Position numbers and translations under genes: made by a program. A DNA stretch of 32,000 bases from Desulfocapsa sulfexigens DSM 10523. GTDB taxonomy: Bacteria > Desulfobacterota > Desulfobulbia > Desulfobulbales > Desulfocapsaceae. Where the stretch lies: assembly GCF_000341395.1 (NCBI RefSeq), contig NC_020304.1:2340001-2372000 (forward strand), given 5' to 3'. Of the stretch, positions 9,304 through 18,323 are shown in pieces (position 1 is the first letter of the stretch; every line of letters begins with the position of its first letter). The notes beneath the pieces were generated by a model. It saw nothing but the letters and a program-made list of their open reading frames with translations. It did no database searches and was not told the DNA's origin.

Positions 9304-9684
9304 TTACCAGCGGATAAAACGATGAACCAGTAGGAATCCAATGGCCACCATCCCAAGTCCAAAAAGATTTGAAAAAGCTAGATAGGTAAAAGCCTGAAGA
9401 TGTTCACCGGCTTTAAACATCTGTACGGTTTCCCGGGCAAAGGTTGAAAATGTCGTGAATCCACCGAGAAATCCTGTAAACAAAAAGAGTCTGAATTCAT
9501 TGCTGATTGTAACCCGGTCAAAGAATGACCAGAGTATACCTATACATAGGCATCCGATGAGGTTGGCAAGAAAGGTTCCGACCGGAAATGTTTGAGTGTG
9601 GTACTCCCCTGCAACAAGGGCAATGAAGTACCTGCCCAGGGAACCGATTGCTCCACCTAGAGCCACTGCAATTATTTTTTCCAT
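9304..9684 (-). CDS. crcB: Fluoride channel CrcB/FluC
   Basis: 126 aa. 'ALGGAIGSLGRYFIALVAG', 'FPVGTFLANLIGCLCIG', 'FTGFLGGFTTFSTFARE'. Confidence 0.95.
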   Translation of the reverse strand: MEKIIAVALGGAIGSLGRYFIALVAGEYHTQTFPVGTFLANLIGCLCIGILWSFFDRVTISNEFRLFLFTGFLGGFTTFSTFARETVQMFKAGEHLQAFTYLAFSNLFGLGMVAIGFLLVHRFIRW

Positions 9685-9858
9685 ACTGTAAATTTTATAG
9701 AAACAGTTTCACCGCCAAATGAATAGTAGCTTGTAGAATTACCTGGATCGTAATAAATAGGGTATATTTCTGTTATTGGCATTTGTTGCAGTAGGTAACA
9801 TCATAGATGGTGAACGTCAAGTATAAGGCGTGGTTAAGGATAGACGAGGTGTTGTTCA

Positions 9859-11481
9859 ATGAAGCCCATAGTATGTTCGGTGCAGGTAGATGCACCGGCT
9901 CCAGGTCTGCACGATAATACTGCTGATCTTGACCGTTTACAGCAGGTACTGACCCAGGCTCTTGATGATGGTCGTTCGATTGGAATTCCCTATCCATGTA
10001 TGACCGCAGTAGCAAGAAATTTTCGTGCGGCGAAATTTGCAGGTTGGGCCCTTTTGAACAATCTGGAACAGGGATGGGAGCTGGTTGACTTTTTTGAAGA
10101 GAGTCCCCCTGTAATTGCTGCCATGGCACTTGATCTTGGGACCACCCACCTTGAGGCCACCCTTCTCAATCTCCATAACGGGGAAATCCTGTCTCAAGGA
10201 AATCTTGAAAATGCCCAGATTGCATATGGAGCTGATATCCTCAGTCGTATTCATCACGCCACCACAAAACGAAGACAGCAGAAACCATTGGCAGCAGATT
10301 TTAAGGATCCCGGGCTTGATGAATTGCAAGGAGTCATTATTACGGCAATCAATGACCTGACAATACTTCTGGCGGGGCAGGCTGAGGTGTCTCCCAAAGA
10401 AATCCGTGCCCTTTCGGTATCTGGAAATACCACCATGGCCCATCTGTTTCTTGGTCTTGATCCCTATCATATCTGTAGAGAACCTTATATCCCGCTGTTT
10501 AACAGAGCTCAATCCATACGTGGTGAACAGCTGCAGCTGGTGATCAGTCCAATGGCTCCGGTTTGGATAATGCCATCCGTTGGAAGCTATTTTGGTGGTG
10601 ATCTCATATCCGGAATTCTGGCTTCGGGTATGGCCCATTCTGAAGAAACCAGAATGCTGATTGATGTTGGAACCAACGCTGAGGTGGTTCTTGGCAACAG
10701 TGAGTGGTTGATAGCCTGTGCCGGTGCTGCCGGTCCTGCACTTGAAGGCGGGGTGGCGAAGATGGGAATGCGGGCAGGCCCCGGCGCAATTGAATTTGTT
10801 TCAATAGACCCTGACACCTATGAACTGGAGTATCGGACGATTGGAGATGTGGCTCCGAAGGGTATCTGCGGTTCGGGGCTGATAGATCTGGTAGCAGCTC
10901 TCTATCTTACAAGAATGATAGATATTCGTGGAAAATTCAGAGATCCGGATACAGAACAGGATCCGCTGAGGGCAGCATTCATGCGCGAGCACCTTGTAAG
11001 ACGTGATGATGGACTCTGTTTTGTGCTGACAGGTATCAGTGCGACCGGGCTTGAAGCAGAGGTTGTACTTGCGCAGATTGATCTTGATGCCATGATACGC
11101 TCTAAAGCTGCCATGTATGCAATTTTAACCACCTTGATGAATCAGGTGGGTCTGGAATTTTCTGATCTGAAAGAGATTGTTGTGGCAGGAGCCTTTGGCC
11201 GTCATATTAACCCACAGAATGCAATGACACTTGGGATGCTTCCGGACCTTCCCATCTCTGTCTATCGGGCCATCGGAAACAGTTCCCTGCACGGAGCGGA
11301 ACAGGTGCTTCTTGATGATGACGCACGTCAGGAGTGTGAAAAAATTGTCTCCAGCATTACCTATCTGGAGTTGAATGTGAACCAGGAGTTTATGATTCGT
11401 TTTTCGGGTGCTCGTTTTATTCCCCATACAGATCCTTCACTTTTTCCTTCTATCCCACAGTTTTCCTCTATGGAAGAGTGA
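9859..11481 (+). CDS. RACo-like ASKHA-domain protein (reductive activator of corrinoid protein family) lacking the N-terminal [2Fe-2S] domain
   Basis: 540 aa. 'AMALDLGTTHLEATLLNLHNGEIL', 'ENAQIAYGADILSRI', 'VSGNTTMAHLFLGLDP', 'MPSVGSYFGGDLISGILA', 'LIDVGTNAEVVLGN', 'GPALEGG', 'KGICGSGLIDLVAALY', 'VVAGAFGRHINPQNAMTLGMLPDLP'. In-frame TAG at 9841 excludes a long N-terminal extension. Confidence 0.85.
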   Translation: MKPIVCSVQVDAPAPGLHDNTADLDRLQQVLTQALDDGRSIGIPYPCMTAVARNFRAAKFAGWALLNNLEQGWELVDFFEESPPVIAAMALDLGTTHLEATLLNLHNGEILSQGNLENAQIAYGADILSRIHHATTKRRQQKPLAADFKDPGLDELQGVIITAINDLTILLAGQAEVSPKEIRALSVSGNTTMAHLFLGLDPYHICREPYIPLFNRAQSIRGEQLQLVISPMAPVWIMPSVGSYFGGDLISGILASGMAHSEETRMLIDVGTNAEVVLGNSEWLIACAGAAGPALEGGVAKMGMRAGPGAIEFVSIDPDTYELEYRTIGDVAPKGICGSGLIDLVAALYLTRMIDIRGKFRDPDTEQDPLRAAFMREHLVRRDDGLCFVLTGISATGLEAEVVLAQIDLDAMIRSKAAMYAILTTLMNQVGLEFSDLKEIVVAGAFGRHINPQNAMTLGMLPDLPISVYRAIGNSSLHGAEQVLLDDDARQECEKIVSSITYLELNVNQEFMIRFSGARFIPHTDPSLFPSIPQFSSMEE

Positions 11482-11604
11482 TTTTCTCAATCACTCTGGA
11501 CGCTTGCATTTTAGGGAATTGATGTGGTATACTTTTTCGGTTTTGAATAGAGAGTATTCTCAGGATATCTCAAAATTTTGTCCCCCATTGTTTCCGGATG
11601 ACGG

Positions 11605-12693
11605 GTGGCTGCAATTAATGAAAGGAACTGGTGGCTCGTTTATCGCAAAGAGTGTGAGGAGCGATCTGCTGCAGTGCTTTACATGGCAAAAAAAATAAAT
11701 AAAAGTTGCAACCAGAGTGTATGGAAGAGTGCCCGGGATCGTCTCAACGGGTTTTGGGCTGTTTTTGACAAGGAGGACGATGTCCTTGTCTGTATAAATG
11801 CTGATCCGGATGCCCTGGCCAGTGCTCTTGCCATCAAAAGGATTCTCCGTTATCGGGTGAAATCCGTTGTTATTGCCCACCCTAATGAGATTCACCGTCT
11901 GAATAATGTCTCCATGGTGGAGCGTCTTAAAATTCCTCTGGAACGCCTCGGAAATATAAAAATCCAGGATTATACAAAAAAGGTTCTGGTTGATTCTCAA
12001 CCGGGTCATCTACCCGTTTTTGAAAAGATCGAATTCGATGCCATTATCGATCACCACCCCGTCGTGGGAGAGTATGCCTCCTCATTTGTGGATATACGCC
12101 CCCAATATGGTGCCTGTTCCACAATGTTGATAGAATATTTACGTGCAGGCAGTATGAAGCCGTCGGTTTCACTCGCCACTGCTCTATTCTATGCAATCAA
12201 GGTGGATACCCAGGATTTTTCTCAGCAGTCAGTATTGGCTGACGGGATTTCTTTTCGCTATCTTTTTAACATTGCCAATCGTAATCTGGTAAAGAAGTTT
12301 GAGTTGGCTGATATGCGCCGCTCCGAACTGAAGTATTTTAATGTCGCACTCAGCAATCTTATTTATACAAAGGGACGATTTTATACTCATTTAGGGAAGG
12401 TGAGAAGTCCTGATATCCTTGTGAATATTGCGAATTTTCTCAATCATGTGGATAAGATCGACTGGGTGCTTGTTTCGGGGATCTATGGGGAGAAACTGGT
12501 TGTCATTTTCCGTTGTGATGGGTATCGGAAGAGTGCTGGAAAACTGGCGGAACGTATTTTTTCTGAAGTCGGATCAGCCGGTGGCCATAAGGAGGCTGCA
12601 CGAGCCGAAGTTCCCCTGAAGAATCTCTCACTTGGCGAAAAAGAATTTTCCACCCAGACATTGAAACGTTTGGCGACGAGACATATGATATAA
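11605..12693 (+). CDS. DHH-family phosphoesterase (NrnA-like); start uncertain, possibly ATG 11683
   Basis: 'CINADPDALASALAIKRIL', 'VDSQPGH', 'DAIIDHHPV' and C-terminal DHHA1-like 'VGSAGGHKEAARAEVPL'. Confidence 0.8.
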   Translation: MAAINERNWWLVYRKECEERSAAVLYMAKKINKSCNQSVWKSARDRLNGFWAVFDKEDDVLVCINADPDALASALAIKRILRYRVKSVVIAHPNEIHRLNNVSMVERLKIPLERLGNIKIQDYTKKVLVDSQPGHLPVFEKIEFDAIIDHHPVVGEYASSFVDIRPQYGACSTMLIEYLRAGSMKPSVSLATALFYAIKVDTQDFSQQSVLADGISFRYLFNIANRNLVKKFELADMRRSELKYFNVALSNLIYTKGRFYTHLGKVRSPDILVNIANFLNHVDKIDWVLVSGIYGEKLVVIFRCDGYRKSAGKLAERIFSEVGSAGGHKEAARAEVPLKNLSLGEKEFSTQTLKRLATRHMI

Positions 12694-12760
12694 GAGACTA
12701 TACTGTTTATGTAGTATGCAATAGATAACACTTTCAGTGTCTGAAACCCAATGGAGTATT

Positions 12761-14035
12761 ATGCCGAAGTCCACTACACTCGCAATGATTCTTGCTGGCA
12801 GTCGTGTTGACAATCTCAATGTTTTGACATATTACCGTCCTAAATCAGCGGTTCCGTTTGGCGGGTTTGCAAGAGTTATTGATTTCGCTTTAAGCAACCT
12901 CCTCCACTCCGGTATTGAACAGGTTGCAATTCTCTCCCAGTATCGAAGTTACTCCCTTATCAATCATATTGGTACGGGCGCGGCCTGGGATATGATTGGC
13001 CGCAATCGTGGTGTTTCTATTCTTCCTCCTTTTAAAGATAATAGTGACAACAAGTGTCATGCGGACTGGTATCGGGGATCAGCCGATGCAGTGTACAAGA
13101 ATCTTGATTTTGTCCAATATCACGACCCTGAACAGATCCTGATCCTTTCTGGAGATCATATCTATAAGATGGATTATCAGGATATGATTGCCTATCATCA
13201 TAAAAAAGATGCTGATTTGACCATTGCCTTTGTCCAGGTCGATAAGTCCAAGGCTCATCGTTTCGGCATCGCCGCCATAGATTCAAACGAGGATGGAGAG
13301 ACAGGTGGACGGCTCCTTAATTACTGGGAGAAACCTGAATCTCCTGAGGCAGACTGGGCATCCCTTACTGTTTTGGTTTTTAAGCCGGAGGTGTTGTACA
13401 GGGCTTTACAGGAAAATCAGGAATCCAGTTCGTTTGAATTTGGCAGGGATATTATTCCCCAGCTCATGGCACAGGGACGGAAGGTTTACGGCTACAAATA
13501 TACTGGATATTGGGGATATACCGGGACAACTGAGGAGTATTGGCAGGCAAGTATGGATCTTCTTGGGGAGAATCCACCCATAGATATGGAGGCCTGGGGA
13601 CTGCGTACTAATATGGAACATCGCGGAATCAGGGATGCCCAGCCAGCATTAATCCGTGACGGGGCAATAGTTCATAACAGTCTTGTCTACAATGGCTGCA
13701 TTGTTGAGGGCACCGTAAAAAATTCAATTCTTTTTCCGGGAGTCCATGTTGAAAAGGGGGCTGTTGTAGAAGATTCTGTCCTGTTTTTTAATAATCATAT
13801 CGGAGCTGACTGTAAGCTGAGTAGAGTTATCATGGATGTGAACTCTGTTATAGGTCAGGGAGTCCGCATTGGTCCAGAGGCCACGAGTAAGGCGAAGGTG
13901 GTGACACTTATCGGCTGGAATAATCATATACCCGATAATATGTGCATTGGTGAAGGCGCGAAGATCTATCCCAATATCAGTTCGGAGCAATGGTCGAAAG
14001 TAAAATGTGTTGAAGCCGAAGAGGTGCTGAGATGA
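12761..14035 (+). CDS. Glucose-1-phosphate adenylyltransferase-like protein, variant N-terminal nucleotide-binding motif
   Basis: 'MILAGSRVDNLNVLTYYRPKSAVPFGGFARVIDFALSN', 'ILSGDHIYKMDYQDMI', 'NYWEKPE', C-terminal left-handed beta-helix repeats. ATG 12761 with GGAG upstream; supplied ORF starts at 12737. Confidence 0.85.
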   Translation: MPKSTTLAMILAGSRVDNLNVLTYYRPKSAVPFGGFARVIDFALSNLLHSGIEQVAILSQYRSYSLINHIGTGAAWDMIGRNRGVSILPPFKDNSDNKCHADWYRGSADAVYKNLDFVQYHDPEQILILSGDHIYKMDYQDMIAYHHKKDADLTIAFVQVDKSKAHRFGIAAIDSNEDGETGGRLLNYWEKPESPEADWASLTVLVFKPEVLYRALQENQESSSFEFGRDIIPQLMAQGRKVYGYKYTGYWGYTGTTEEYWQASMDLLGENPPIDMEAWGLRTNMEHRGIRDAQPALIRDGAIVHNSLVYNGCIVEGTVKNSILFPGVHVEKGAVVEDSVLFFNNHIGADCKLSRVIMDVNSVIGQGVRIGPEATSKAKVVTLIGWNNHIPDNMCIGEGAKIYPNISSEQWSKVKCVEAEEVLR

Positions 14036-15297
14036 GCGTAAAACAAGAGGCTCTGGTACTTCTCCTTGCCGGTGGGGTTGGCAGCAGACTGAATATCCTG
14101 GTGCAGAGTCGGGCAAAACCGGCTGTTCCTTTTGCCGGGCATTACCGGATAATTGATTTCAGTCTCAGTAATGTAATGACCTCCGGTCTTACTAAAATCG
14201 GAGTGCTGACCCAGTATAAACCCCTGTCTCTTATGCGGCATCTGGGCATGGGGGAAGCTTGGGACTTTACTGGACGAAGCAGAGGCTTGAAGATATTGCC
14301 TCCACACACCGGATTTAAGGACTCAGACTGGTATAAAGGCACCGCCGACGCTGTCCGGCAGAATATAGACTTTCTTGAGAAGAATCCGGCCGATGAGGTA
14401 TTGCTTCTTTCGGGAGATCACATCTATAATATGGATTTTCATGCCATGATTGAATACCATCGCTTCAAGAAAGCTGATGTGACGATTGGGATGATGGTCG
14501 TACCCATGAGCGAGATTTACCAGTTTGGTGCAGGGGTGACTGATGATAATAATCGGATTATTGACTGGGAAGAAAAGCCCGAGCATCCCAAGACTAATCT
14601 TGCCTCCATGGGAATTTATGTCTTTGATTATAAATACCTTCTTGACTCCCTGTACCGGGATAAGGCGGAAGTCGATTTTGGTATGCACATTTTGCCACGG
14701 GCCATTGATAATGACAATGTCTTTGCCTATCCTTTCTACGGCTACTGGAGGGATGTGGGAACGATCCAGTCCTATTGGGAGGCCAATATGGATGTGATCA
14801 TGCGTGACAGTGCGATTTCTCCCGCAGCATGGGGGGTACGAACCAATATCGAAGCTGATGGCCGTCCCGCAGATCGGCCACCGGCCCGTTTCTCCAATAG
14901 TGCCAAGGTGAGCTGTTCTATGATCTCTGCAGGGTGTGTCATTCGGGGTACTGTAATAAATTCGGTTCTGGCACCGGGGGTAGTGGTGGAGGAAGGTGCG
15001 GTTGTCCGGGATTCTATTCTTTTTGCTGATTGCACTGTTGGGAAAAAAAGTACCGTCGATTTAACAATCTGCGATAAGCGAGTGAAAATTTCAGGCGATA
15101 CCATCGTCGGTTCAGGGATGAATCACGATTTTCCAAATATCAAGCAGCCCAAACACCTGTATACAGGGATCACTCTGGTTGGGAAGGAGGCGAGTATTCC
15201 TTCAGGTATAACCATTGGTCGTAACTGTATTGTCAACTCGAAAACAGAAGAATCCGCTTTTTCCACCGGGAAAATTGCCGATGGCGAAACAGTGTGA
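14032..15297 (+). CDS. glgC: Glucose-1-phosphate adenylyltransferase, canonical motif
   Basis: 'LLLAGGVGSRLNILVQSRAKPAVPFAGHYRIIDFSLSN', 'LLSGDHIYNMDFHAMI', 'DWEEKPEHPKTN'. Starts in an ATGA overlap with the preceding gene. Confidence 0.93.
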   Translation: MSVKQEALVLLLAGGVGSRLNILVQSRAKPAVPFAGHYRIIDFSLSNVMTSGLTKIGVLTQYKPLSLMRHLGMGEAWDFTGRSRGLKILPPHTGFKDSDWYKGTADAVRQNIDFLEKNPADEVLLLSGDHIYNMDFHAMIEYHRFKKADVTIGMMVVPMSEIYQFGAGVTDDNNRIIDWEEKPEHPKTNLASMGIYVFDYKYLLDSLYRDKAEVDFGMHILPRAIDNDNVFAYPFYGYWRDVGTIQSYWEANMDVIMRDSAISPAAWGVRTNIEADGRPADRPPARFSNSAKVSCSMISAGCVIRGTVINSVLAPGVVVEEGAVVRDSILFADCTVGKKSTVDLTICDKRVKISGDTIVGSGMNHDFPNIKQPKHLYTGITLVGKEASIPSGITIGRNCIVNSKTEESAFSTGKIADGETV

Positions 15298-15316
15298 GTT
15301 CTCGCACAGTATTTTT
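15290..15316 (+). terminator. Possible weak intrinsic terminator after glgC
   Basis: GTGTGA-GTTC-TCGCAC short hairpin (one G-T pair), including the glgC stop, followed by AGTATTTTT. Confidence 0.3.
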
Positions 15317-15503
15317 GGGAAATGACACTGTGATTGCAGGAAAATATCTTGGGGCACATAAGAGTACCTGATTACCAGCGAAACTCAGCTTTGCAACCCG
15401 GAGTTGTCCCATATAATCAACACGAAACAACTCCTCCTCAGGCGGGTAGGCTGAGGATTAGTGGTAATCGGGTAAAAGTATGCCCCAAAATAAAAGCGTT
15501 GAA

Positions 15504-15580
15504 TGGTGATCCCGGCGCGATTCGAACGCGCGACACCCAGATTAGGAATCTGGTGCTCTATCCTGCTGAGCTACGGGACC
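15504..15580 (-). tRNA. tRNA-Arg(CCT)
   Basis: Minus strand GGTCCCGTAGCTCAGCAGGATAGAGCACCAGATTCCTAATCTGGGTGTCGCGCGTTCGAATCGCGCCGGGATCACCA. Acceptor GGTCCCG/CGGGATC, anticodon stem CCAGA/TCTGG with loop TTCCTAA, T-arm GCGCG-TTCGAAT-CGCGC, encoded CCA. Confidence 0.97.
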
Positions 15581-15591
15581 ATGCCAGATTA

Positions 15592-15619
15592 TCCAGTCTT
15601 ATAGCAATTTAAGACTGGA
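15592..15619. repeat. 10-bp perfect inverted repeat upstream of tRNA-Arg
   Basis: TCCAGTCTTA - TAGCAATT - TAAGACTGGA between the histidine kinase stop and the tRNA 5' end; no T tract on either side. Confidence 0.75.
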
Positions 15620-15668
15620 AAAGCTACCTGATTTTTGGCGGTTTCTGCCATTCAGACCTGTTCTCATC

Positions 15669-18323
15669 TCAAGAGGGTGGTAATGCCTTTCTGATAGCTT
15701 TGGCCAGGGCAAGTGTATCGATTGGTTTTCTGATATATTCGCGGATTCCAAGTAGCCTTGCCTGTGCTTCATTCATTGCCTCACTAAAGCCTGTACAGAG
15801 GATGATGGGCAGTTTCGGCTGGATAGCCAGCAGTTTCATGGCCAGATCTGTTCCTGTCATTTCCGGCATGGTCATGTCGGTGATAACCAGATCGAATTCC
15901 TCAGGATTCTTGCTATAGATCTTTAGTGCTTCAGTGGAACTGGAAACAACAGTCACCTTGTATCCCAAAATTCCCAGAATACGTTCCAGTAAATGGGTAA
16001 TAGCGGGCTCATCATCAACCAGCAGTATCCGTTCATCTCCTCCCGGAAGGGCATCGGTCAGTAACTGTTCTTTTTCCACCACGTGTTTGTCGATCACCGG
16101 CAGATAGATGTTGAATGTGGTTCCCTTGTTTACCGTGCTGGTAACAGTGATTTCCCCCTGATGTTGCTTGATTATGCCGTGAACCACGGATAGCCCAAGC
16201 CCGGTTCCCTTGCCTATCCCTTTGGTTGTGAAAAATGGATCAAATATATGTGTCCGGGTTAAAGTATCAATGCCGCAACCAGTATCACTGATTTCAAGGT
16301 CAAGATAAGTGCCATGTTCTATCTGCGGGCAATCGGCAATTGTTTCAGTTTCCGAGATCTGTTTTTCCGTTAATGAAACACTCAGGGTCCCGATTGCCCC
16401 TCCGATAGCATCCTTGGCATTGGTACAGAGGTTCATTAATACCTGATGAATCTGGGTCGGATCGGCTAGTACCTTGCCACAGGAAGGGGCGATGCTTTCT
16501 CTAAGCGTAATCGTTGTCGGAAGTGAGGCCCGCAGGAGTTTAAGAACTTCTTTTATGATGCTTTGGATGTTGAGGGGTTTTAGGATTTCCTCCCCCTGGC
16601 GACTGAAGGTGAGAATCTGTTTTACCAGGTCTGCAGCTCGTGTTCCAGCTATAAGGACCTGTTCGATGTCTTTTTTGACAGGGTCATCATCACCTAGTTG
16701 CTGTTTTGCTATTTCACTATAGCCAATCATGGCGGCAAGAATATTGTTGAAATCATGAGCAATGCCGCCAGCGAGGGTTCCGATTGCTTCCATTTTCATG
16801 GCCTGGCGCAGCTGTTTTTCCAGGGAGACTTCTTTGGTGACATTACGTTTGACGGCAACAAAATTGGTAATCCGGCCTTCATTATTTCTCACAGGAGAGA
16901 TGGTAGCCTCTTCCTCAAACAGAGAACCATCTTTTTTTCTGTTGATCAGGTGGCCCTTCCAGACTTTTCCCTGTTCGAGCTCAGCCCACATTTTCGCATA
17001 AAACTGCGAATCCTGTTTACCACTATTGAGGATTCGTGGGTTTTTTCCGATAGCTATATCGCGACTATAGCCGGTGAGTGTTTCAAAGGCAGGATTGACA
17101 TATTGGATAGTGCCATCCACATCGGTGATAACCACTGTTTCTGATGCCTGATCTATGGCAGCTTTTAATCGAATTCTGTCCTCTTCGGACTTTTTTATTG
17201 TCGTTATGTCTGTGGCAACGTGAACAATATGAGTGAGTTCGCCGCTCTCGTTTTTTACCGGAGAGGCAGAGACCAGGAATGTTTTCCCTAATTTTTTATG
17301 ATACATTTCTTTGGTGTAGGGAGAAAATGTTTTTGACGTTTGTACCAGTGGGCATCCAGGACAGGGCTGACTTGAGCCATGGAAGAGTTCGTAACAATGT
17401 CGTCCCTGAATTGCATTACTGGAAAGTCCCAGAGTGACACAGCCACTTGTGTTTGATTTGATAATGCACAGATCCGGGGTCTGCAGGGTTACTATGTCGG
17501 TGAGGGCGTTAAAAGTCCGTTCCCACTCTTTTTTACTGGTCCGTAAAGCCTTTTCCACAGTTACCTGTTTTGCTCTGGATCTTTTTATCTTTGTAACCAT
17601 CTGGTTGAAGGTGGCTGTCAGGCGACCAATTTCATCATGGGCAATTACCGGCAGCTCCTGAATTGCTTCTCCCCGCCCAAATTTGTCGGAAGCTATAGAC
17701 AGTGTTTGTAGAGGTTTACTCATGATCCTGGCGAAGAAGAATGCGGCCAACACCCCGAATAAACAGATAATGCTGGCTATACCAATTAATTGCATCCGAA
17801 GGGTTTGTATCTTTTGGAGGATGAACTTTTCACAAAGACCGATATGGAGTTCTCCCGCTATACCTTCCAGGAGCGGAACGGTGAGCTCATCAACGATGTT
17901 TTTATCGTTGTCGAATTGAAGATGGTTATACGAAAATGATTCCCCTTCAGTGAGGGGGTTAGCGGTCAGGAGAACTTTGGGAAATCCTTCTTTGCCAAAA
18001 GTATGGGCGAATACCTCTTTTTTGGTATCGACCACAAAAAGATACGCAATGTCTTTCTCTTTGCTTTTAATCTCAGAGAGCAATTGGTAAAGTTTGATCC
18101 TGTTGTCTGTAAAGATGAGGTCAACGCAATGGGTTGCCAGGTGGCGTGCGATGGTGAAGCCTCTTTCCCGGTGTTCAATGTGAAGTGCGTGACTAACTTT
18201 GGACTCAACAAAAAATATGGAAGCAATCCCCAGCATGATAACAACTCCACTGACAAGAAATGAAAACTTGTAACCGAGTGGCAGGTCACGGAGTCGTCTT
18301 CTTTTAAGGAGTTTACTGTTCAT
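15669..18323 (-). CDS. Membrane hybrid histidine kinase (sensor, HAMP, two PAS, HisKA/HATPase, C-terminal receiver)
   Basis: 884 aa. N-terminal TM, 'LIGIASIICLFGVLAAFFFARIMSKPLQTL' HAMP junction, PAS blocks, 'GGIAHDFNNILAAMIGYSEIA' H-box, 'GTGLGLSVVHGIIKQHQGEITV', receiver 'ERILLVDDEPAITHLLERIL...LVITDMTMPEMTG'. Confidence 0.95.
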   Translation of the reverse strand: MNSKLLKRRRLRDLPLGYKFSFLVSGVVIMLGIASIFFVESKVSHALHIEHRERGFTIARHLATHCVDLIFTDNRIKLYQLLSEIKSKEKDIAYLFVVDTKKEVFAHTFGKEGFPKVLLTANPLTEGESFSYNHLQFDNDKNIVDELTVPLLEGIAGELHIGLCEKFILQKIQTLRMQLIGIASIICLFGVLAAFFFARIMSKPLQTLSIASDKFGRGEAIQELPVIAHDEIGRLTATFNQMVTKIKRSRAKQVTVEKALRTSKKEWERTFNALTDIVTLQTPDLCIIKSNTSGCVTLGLSSNAIQGRHCYELFHGSSQPCPGCPLVQTSKTFSPYTKEMYHKKLGKTFLVSASPVKNESGELTHIVHVATDITTIKKSEEDRIRLKAAIDQASETVVITDVDGTIQYVNPAFETLTGYSRDIAIGKNPRILNSGKQDSQFYAKMWAELEQGKVWKGHLINRKKDGSLFEEEATISPVRNNEGRITNFVAVKRNVTKEVSLEKQLRQAMKMEAIGTLAGGIAHDFNNILAAMIGYSEIAKQQLGDDDPVKKDIEQVLIAGTRAADLVKQILTFSRQGEEILKPLNIQSIIKEVLKLLRASLPTTITLRESIAPSCGKVLADPTQIHQVLMNLCTNAKDAIGGAIGTLSVSLTEKQISETETIADCPQIEHGTYLDLEISDTGCGIDTLTRTHIFDPFFTTKGIGKGTGLGLSVVHGIIKQHQGEITVTSTVNKGTTFNIYLPVIDKHVVEKEQLLTDALPGGDERILLVDDEPAITHLLERILGILGYKVTVVSSSTEALKIYSKNPEEFDLVITDMTMPEMTGTDLAMKLLAIQPKLPIILCTGFSEAMNEAQARLLGIREYIRKPIDTLALAKAIRKALPPS

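Noticed and set aside
9685-9860. Fluoride riboswitch upstream of crcB, or a sigma54 promoter ('TTGGCATTTGTTGCA') in the same gap
   Set aside because: No recognisable crcB-motif core on the minus strand. In the promoter-like string the GG and GC are separated by 8 nt instead of the required 10.
678-14800. Many antisense ORFs of 60-170 aa opposite proS, rel, the RACo-like gene, and both glgC-like genes
   Set aside because: They mirror strongly coding sense strands, show low-complexity or Ser/His/Pro-skewed translations, and have no recognisable domains. They are shadow ORFs.
15504-15580. tRNA-Arg(CCT) as an integration site for a genomic island
   Set aside because: tRNAs are common attachment sites, but there is no integrase, duplicated tRNA 3' end or mobility gene within the window.
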